Notes under the pieces: generated by a model
What the model was told of the DNA's origin: nothing
Seen by the model: the letters and a program-made list of their open reading frames with translations, nothing else
Databases searched by the model: none
Virus record (IMG/VR): IMGVR_UViG_3300042549_005931
Span: 186,001 to 250,000 of that record
Direction: 5' to 3' (one strand)
DNA: 64,000 bases
Shown: one piece after another, positions 59,196 to 64,000 of the stretch
Layout of the letters: the number at the start of each line of letters is the position of its first letter
How positions within the stretch are numbered: position 1 is the first letter of the stretch
Program-made: the position numbers and the translations under genes

Positions 59196-59933
59196 CTACT
59201 TATTCACCCATTTATCGATTGCACTCATATAATTCTCACCCATATGGTCCTTAATAGTTTCACCAGAAAATAATGATTTAATATAATCCCAATAATACCC
59301 TAATGTATTCTCACCCTTCTTAACATTACCATCACTATCAAGTCTCAATTGGAAATTAACATGTTGAAATCCAATGTATGGTGTATGTGTAACCAAATCA
59401 TTATTATGAACAACACGGATACTTTCTATATCACTCTTATCAAAGTTTTGTTTGAATACCTTGTTACCCACACGTGGACTACCAATTGTACAACACTCCA
59501 CATGAAATCCGTAAAATCTGTCCTTAATACTATAAGCCATCAATGTTGCAACCGCGCCACCCAAACTATGTCCACATACAACCACACTATCAACTGTGCT
59601 CATCCCCTCATTAGCTTCCCTAATTGCAGAATAAACATCTTCAGCCACCGGTTCCCAACAAGACTTAAATCCAATGTGAACCTTCTCACCCTCCTTGATA
59701 AATGGTACTTTCTGAATAGAACCATCATTCTGAAAATCTTTCTTCGATTCACTTCCTCTGAATACAACATATATTCTTCTATTCTTTATCGCAACAAACC
59801 CCTGTGTGTCCGATGGCTTGTGCTCAATCCATTTTACCAAACCTAACTTATGGTTTTCCCAATCAATGGATTCCCGTGTCTGATATGCAAGAACAGCAAG
59901 TCTCGCATTGTATTGTATTTCTTTGTTTGTCAT
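59196..59933 (-). CDS. class 3 lipase
   Basis: VFRGS, VHIGF, GHSLGG, GSPRVG, DLV. Confidence 0.9.
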   Translation of the reverse strand: MTNKEIQYNARLAVLAYQTRESIDWENHKLGLVKWIEHKPSDTQGFVAIKNRRIYVVFRGSESKKDFQNDGSIQKVPFIKEGEKVHIGFKSCWEPVAEDVYSAIREANEGMSTVDSVVVCGHSLGGAVATLMAYSIKDRFYGFHVECCTIGSPRVGNKVFKQNFDKSDIESIRVVHNNDLVTHTPYIGFQHVNFQLRLDSDGNVKKGENTLGYYWDYIKSLFSGETIKDHMGENYMSAIDKWVNK

Positions 59934-60202
59934 TTTCTTTCAATTAAATCTTCAACAAATTTATCGCGTTGTTCTCTTAGATATTTTTCTCTATCCAATA
60001 AACGTTGTCTCTCATCTTCAGTTAACTTTAATACCAAAGCTTCTTTCTCATCAATCATCTTTTTATACTCCTCAAGTTGTGATTTAAAATTCACATTCTG
60101 ATAGTACAATATCCCAACCAATAATATAATGGTAAATGATTGTTCTTTTAACTTATTAAAAAATGTATCGGTGATAGTACCACCTTTGTTTTCTGTACTC
60201 AT
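59930..60202 (-). CDS. TM + coiled-coil protein
   Basis: 90-aa ORF. Confidence 0.55.
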   Translation of the reverse strand: MSTENKGGTITDTFFNKLKEQSFTIILLVGILYYQNVNFKSQLEEYKKMIDEKEALVLKLTEDERQRLLDREKYLREQRDKFVEDLIERK

Positions 60203-60208
60203 ATTAAA

Positions 60209-60811
60209 TTATTCCTCCAATTTTAATTCCAAAATATTAATTTGTTTTTTAATTTTTTCTTTTTCTTCTTTATAATCGGCAAGATATATTTTATAATAAT
60301 CCCAAACATATTTATCATTAGGGTCCAATAATCCCTTTTCAGTTAACTCAATAGTTCTATTCAAACTATTTAACTTATCCGTTAGTTCTTTTAATTTAAT
60401 TTTTAATTTAAGTTTATCCATCCCAATTTTACGTTGCTTTTTTCTTTCTCTCTCTTCTCTTTTGGCAATTTCTTCTTCTTCATCTTCTTTTTCTACAGTA
60501 TTTAAATCAACACCATATTCGTTATATTTTTTTGGTCCATTATTATATGGTAATGGTTCAATACCATAAGAACTACCTCCCCCAAACATATAATTGTCAT
60601 ATTCATCACCATCCAATTTAAAATCAATTTCGTGACCATATTTAACCAACTCCATGTACAATTTTGGATTTTTTTCTCTTATTTCATCCATATTATCATA
60701 ATGAGCGGCATCATTCATTAAAGTCACGATATAATCATCGTCTGTTAATTGTGGGGTTGAAATCTCTGATATTACGTATTTAATTTGTGTTTCACTTAAT
60801 ATTATTTTCAT
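60209..60811 (-). CDS. hypothetical protein, LSETQ motif
   Basis: ORF track. Confidence 0.6.
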   Translation of the reverse strand: MKIILSETQIKYVISEISTPQLTDDDYIVTLMNDAAHYDNMDEIREKNPKLYMELVKYGHEIDFKLDGDEYDNYMFGGGSSYGIEPLPYNNGPKKYNEYGVDLNTVEKEDEEEEIAKREERERKKQRKIGMDKLKLKIKLKELTDKLNSLNRTIELTEKGLLDPNDKYVWDYYKIYLADYKEEKEKIKKQINILELKLEE

Positions 60812-60824
60812 AATATATAAATAC

Positions 60825-61400
60825 CTATATTTTCACATTAAAGTTTATCACACATCGAACATTCTCAGTAGGTCCACTACTCGAATGATACCGGTTACCA
60901 TTAAACACCAATACCCTACCCTTCTTTGGTGTAACCGTTTGAATTACATTTAGTTCACCGGTCCTATCACCCAATACCTTATCGAAAATATACGTATCAC
61001 CATCCGAATCATTTACGTAGTATAATACAACCAAATGTTCATATGACACATCAATATGTGGATTGTCAAATTCCTTTCTTTTGTTTAATGGGAATTGTAT
61101 AAAAGACCTACCATTACAGATATCCTTTAATGTGAAATTAAAATTATTACATACAAGTTCCGGTATCACCCTTGTCTGTGATAAAAGATAGTCATTAACA
61201 TATGGTGGATTATCTTGTTTGATGTAACAACCAATTCCCGGTGTAACATCTTTAATTCCTAATCTCTTTATTTCGTCAGGTGATAATGCAATGTCTTGAA
61301 AGAATATCCAAGGCAATGGTGATGATAAAAATAGTTGTTCCATTTTATCTTGAACGTCCAATGGAATCACATCGTCCAATATATAAATTTCATTTATCAT
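60825..61400 (-). CDS. 2OG-Fe(II) oxygenase
   Basis: PHID, YYVNDSDGDT, YHSS, RCVINFN; likely start MINEIY. Confidence 0.8.
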   Translation of the reverse strand: MINEIYILDDVIPLDVQDKMEQLFLSSPLPWIFFQDIALSPDEIKRLGIKDVTPGIGCYIKQDNPPYVNDYLLSQTRVIPELVCNNFNFTLKDICNGRSFIQFPLNKRKEFDNPHIDVSYEHLVVLYYVNDSDGDTYIFDKVLGDRTGELNVIQTVTPKKGRVLVFNGNRYHSSSGPTENVRCVINFNVKI

Positions 61401-61466
61401 AAAGAACAATATAAATAAAAAACCCCAAGTTTCCAAGGGGTTATTTTATTATACAATAATTAATTG

Positions 61467-62102
61467 TTACTTGTTCCTATTCTTTAAATACAAATTAGTA
61501 TGATATTCCATATGACTATTCAATAATTTAATATCATTTTCTACATCAGAATAAAATTTCTCCTCATCTCGTAATTCTATGGCCATTGAAGTAGGTGTAA
61601 AATTAGTGTATGGTTTAAATTTATAAAATATTCTCGTCAATGTCTTAAACGTACTTATTACATTTAACCATTTTAATAATTCCAATTTTACTTTTTCCCA
61701 TAATTCAAATTCTATGCTCTTCAGTGCAAATTCTTTTTTTATCTCACCATCATCATCTCTACGAATACGTTCAACATTCCAAAATATTTGTAATGTTAAC
61801 ATACACATTTCAATATCTTCAAATTTACTGTACCCTTTTTTTGTGGTAAATATTGGGATATCAAAAACCATTGTTACATAACCTGGATACATACTCCCTT
61901 TTTCCTCATTTTTTCCCAAAAATTGTATGTTTTTAACAAATTCTCCGTCTGAATTAGGTTCAATATCATTATCTTGGTTTATCTCAGGTTCAACATTATT
62001 ATCAACTTCAGGTTCCTCATCATCAAACCAACCGGAATTTTGTTCGTTTAAACCCATAATTTTTTTTATATGGGATAGCTCTTCGTTTAAATTAGTTTTC
62101 AT
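61467..62102 (-). CDS. hypothetical protein
   Basis: LNEELSHIKKIMGLNEQ N-terminus. Confidence 0.6.
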   Translation of the reverse strand: MKTNLNEELSHIKKIMGLNEQNSGWFDDEEPEVDNNVEPEINQDNDIEPNSDGEFVKNIQFLGKNEEKGSMYPGYVTMVFDIPIFTTKKGYSKFEDIEMCMLTLQIFWNVERIRRDDDGEIKKEFALKSIEFELWEKVKLELLKWLNVISTFKTLTRIFYKFKPYTNFTPTSMAIELRDEEKFYSDVENDIKLLNSHMEYHTNLYLKNRNK

Positions 62103-62194
62103 ATGTTTAATAAATATACCGGAACCGGTATATGTGCATAAAAAACCCCCTTGTTTCCAAGGGGTTCGTTATTTTAATTTAATGGGATTGTTTG

Positions 62195-62728
62195 TTAGCG
62201 TTCGGCACCCATTACATCCCCTTTAATTTTTTGACCTTCAATATCGGCAATAACTTTACCATCAACCTTAATGTTGAAGTATAACATCTTTGCAACATTG
62301 TTGATATTCTGTGTTAAATAACCCTGTGGTTTATTCCCAACGATTGCGTTATTGGTCAATCTTGCACCCAACGTGGTTTGTATCTTTGATATGATTGGAC
62401 CATTTATTTTAACAATGTTTGGGTCAATAAATGTGATGGTCATTGCCATAGCACCAACCGCAGGGTTCACCTCAGATTGTGTGAAAGTAATGGTTGATGT
62501 TAATTTATTTTCTAACGTATAACTTAGTTGATTATCATTATCAACCACGTAATCATATGTAAGTTTCATATAGTTAGCAAAACCTTTCCACGAATCTATT
62601 TTCATTGTTGGTTGTGCAACTGCTGTGGTTTTTGCCGGTACATTAAACTTATTACTTACCGCTTGCTCATTAATCATTCCATCAATGACCTTCTTAATTT
62701 GTTCTTCTGTGAATATATATTTTTTCAT
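62195..62728 (-). CDS. hypothetical protein, FTEEQ motif
   Basis: probable start MKKYIFTEEQ. Confidence 0.6.
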   Translation of the reverse strand: MKKYIFTEEQIKKVIDGMINEQAVSNKFNVPAKTTAVAQPTMKIDSWKGFANYMKLTYDYVVDNDNQLSYTLENKLTSTITFTQSEVNPAVGAMAMTITFIDPNIVKINGPIISKIQTTLGARLTNNAIVGNKPQGYLTQNINNVAKMLYFNIKVDGKVIADIEGQKIKGDVMGAER

Positions 62729-63069
62729 TATGCGTACATGTCGTTTGTAATAGAGTAATATAATTTTTCCCAATCTCTAACAGTTATACTATCATTAGGA
62801 TTTACAAATTGTTTGATTGTTTCTTTCAATACCTCAACCATTTTTTCTGGTGTCACATTCGAATCTTCAGTATGACCACCATCTAAATGTTCCACAATAA
62901 ACAATAATTGTTCTTGTAGATTAATACCATTTGATTTAGTTTCACTTTCCATATCAGATGAATAATCTTCGAAAGATTGTTCATTCAATCCTTTCTTATA
63001 TCCATGTGACTGATGTTGTTTAAGGATTTGTTCCCTTTCAGATTCTGTTAAATTAAAATTCTTATACAT
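62728..63069 (-). CDS. hypothetical protein, LTESE motif
   Basis: probable start MYKNFNLTESERE. Confidence 0.6.
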   Translation of the reverse strand: MYKNFNLTESEREQILKQHQSHGYKKGLNEQSFEDYSSDMESETKSNGINLQEQLLFIVEHLDGGHTEDSNVTPEKMVEVLKETIKQFVNPNDSITVRDWEKLYYSITNDMYA

Positions 63070-63152
63070 AATAAATTGTTTTCTATATAAATACCCTATA
63101 AGCATAAAAAAACCCCACCATATGGTGGGGTTTTTATCTTAAATTAAAATCT

Positions 63153-63938
63153 TTAATCGAGTGTACCGTTTTCTCTCCTTAATTCAAAGTCTTTTAATCG
63201 AGCATTTAATTTTTTTCTCTCACTGTCACGGTAGTCATCAAATGAAGCATATTTGGCATCATATGGTTCCTCTAAATTCGGGTCTCTTCTACTTTGTCTA
63301 ACCTCCTTCTCAAAAGATGCCGCATTTGGTGATTTTCTATACTTACCATATACATCATTATTGATGTGGTCTTCATATTTTTGAATGTCTTCAATTCTTC
63401 CATTCCAATCATACCATTCATTTGGTCCAAACTCCACAGCGATTCTACCGTTATAACTATTTTGAAATTTGTTGGTCATTGCAACTTTTTCTTCGTCGGT
63501 TAATTGTTTAGGTGAGTCTATTTTAATTTTAGTTAACCAAATCATACCCATACCCTCATTTAATGATTTTTTAAATCTATTAAGTATTTTTTGGATTGAT
63601 TCTTGAAGTGGCTCAAGTTCCGCCGGTTCAGGTTTAGTCACCTCTTCGTCATGTTTAATTTCTGGAGGTAAAAATTTTGTAGTAGTTACATAAGGGATTG
63701 TCTTTTCATTTGGTGATTTTATTTTATTTTTAGGATTCGCAGCATTAAACTTTTGCATGTATTGTGCGGGTGTAATTTTACCTTTTCTTTTTAAATCCCA
63801 TAAATTTGAGTTGTAATCGTTCAAATCACTTAATCTTTTGGATTCCTCGGGTGAAATTGCGTTTACTTGTTGTTCTGACACAATCCCACGTATCAATTCA
63901 ACCAATTTCGATTCTGTTAGTCTAACTATTTTTTTCAT
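63153..63938 (-). CDS. hypothetical protein, RLTES motif
   Basis: MKKIVRLTESKLVELIRGIVSEQ. Confidence 0.6.
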   Translation of the reverse strand: MKKIVRLTESKLVELIRGIVSEQQVNAISPEESKRLSDLNDYNSNLWDLKRKGKITPAQYMQKFNAANPKNKIKSPNEKTIPYVTTTKFLPPEIKHDEEVTKPEPAELEPLQESIQKILNRFKKSLNEGMGMIWLTKIKIDSPKQLTDEEKVAMTNKFQNSYNGRIAVEFGPNEWYDWNGRIEDIQKYEDHINNDVYGKYRKSPNAASFEKEVRQSRRDPNLEEPYDAKYASFDDYRDSERKKLNARLKDFELRRENGTLD

Positions 63939-64000
63939 TTTAAAAGTTTTTTATTATAAATATATTATATCATATAAAAATCCCGGTTCCGGCGTACGAG

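Overview
AT-rich segment of a huge (jumbo) bacteriophage, most likely infecting Bacteroidota: it has TAnnTTTG host-type promoters, lipoprotein and CsgG-like genes, and standard code 11. The window holds a ClpC/Hsp20 proteostasis pair, a 10-kb secreted CsgG/cohesin-dockerin/lectin operon, and two tRNA arrays with 25 non-redundant tRNAs covering all 20 amino acids. It also carries several unexplained structured RNAs, a GOLLD-like giant ncRNA, a tmRNA, a glycosylation cluster, lysis enzymes and many probable virion proteins sharing an N-terminal 'I-x-E' motif. Main discovery: each tRNA array is preceded by an unannotated 33-34 codon leader ORF and an intrinsic terminator, with an antiterminator sequence inside the ORF. 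Each leader's codons enumerate, down to isoacceptor level, the tRNAs of the array it precedes. This looks like a ribosome-mediated attenuation system that senses tRNA shortage and switches on the matching phage tRNAs. All calls were made by eye, without database searches.
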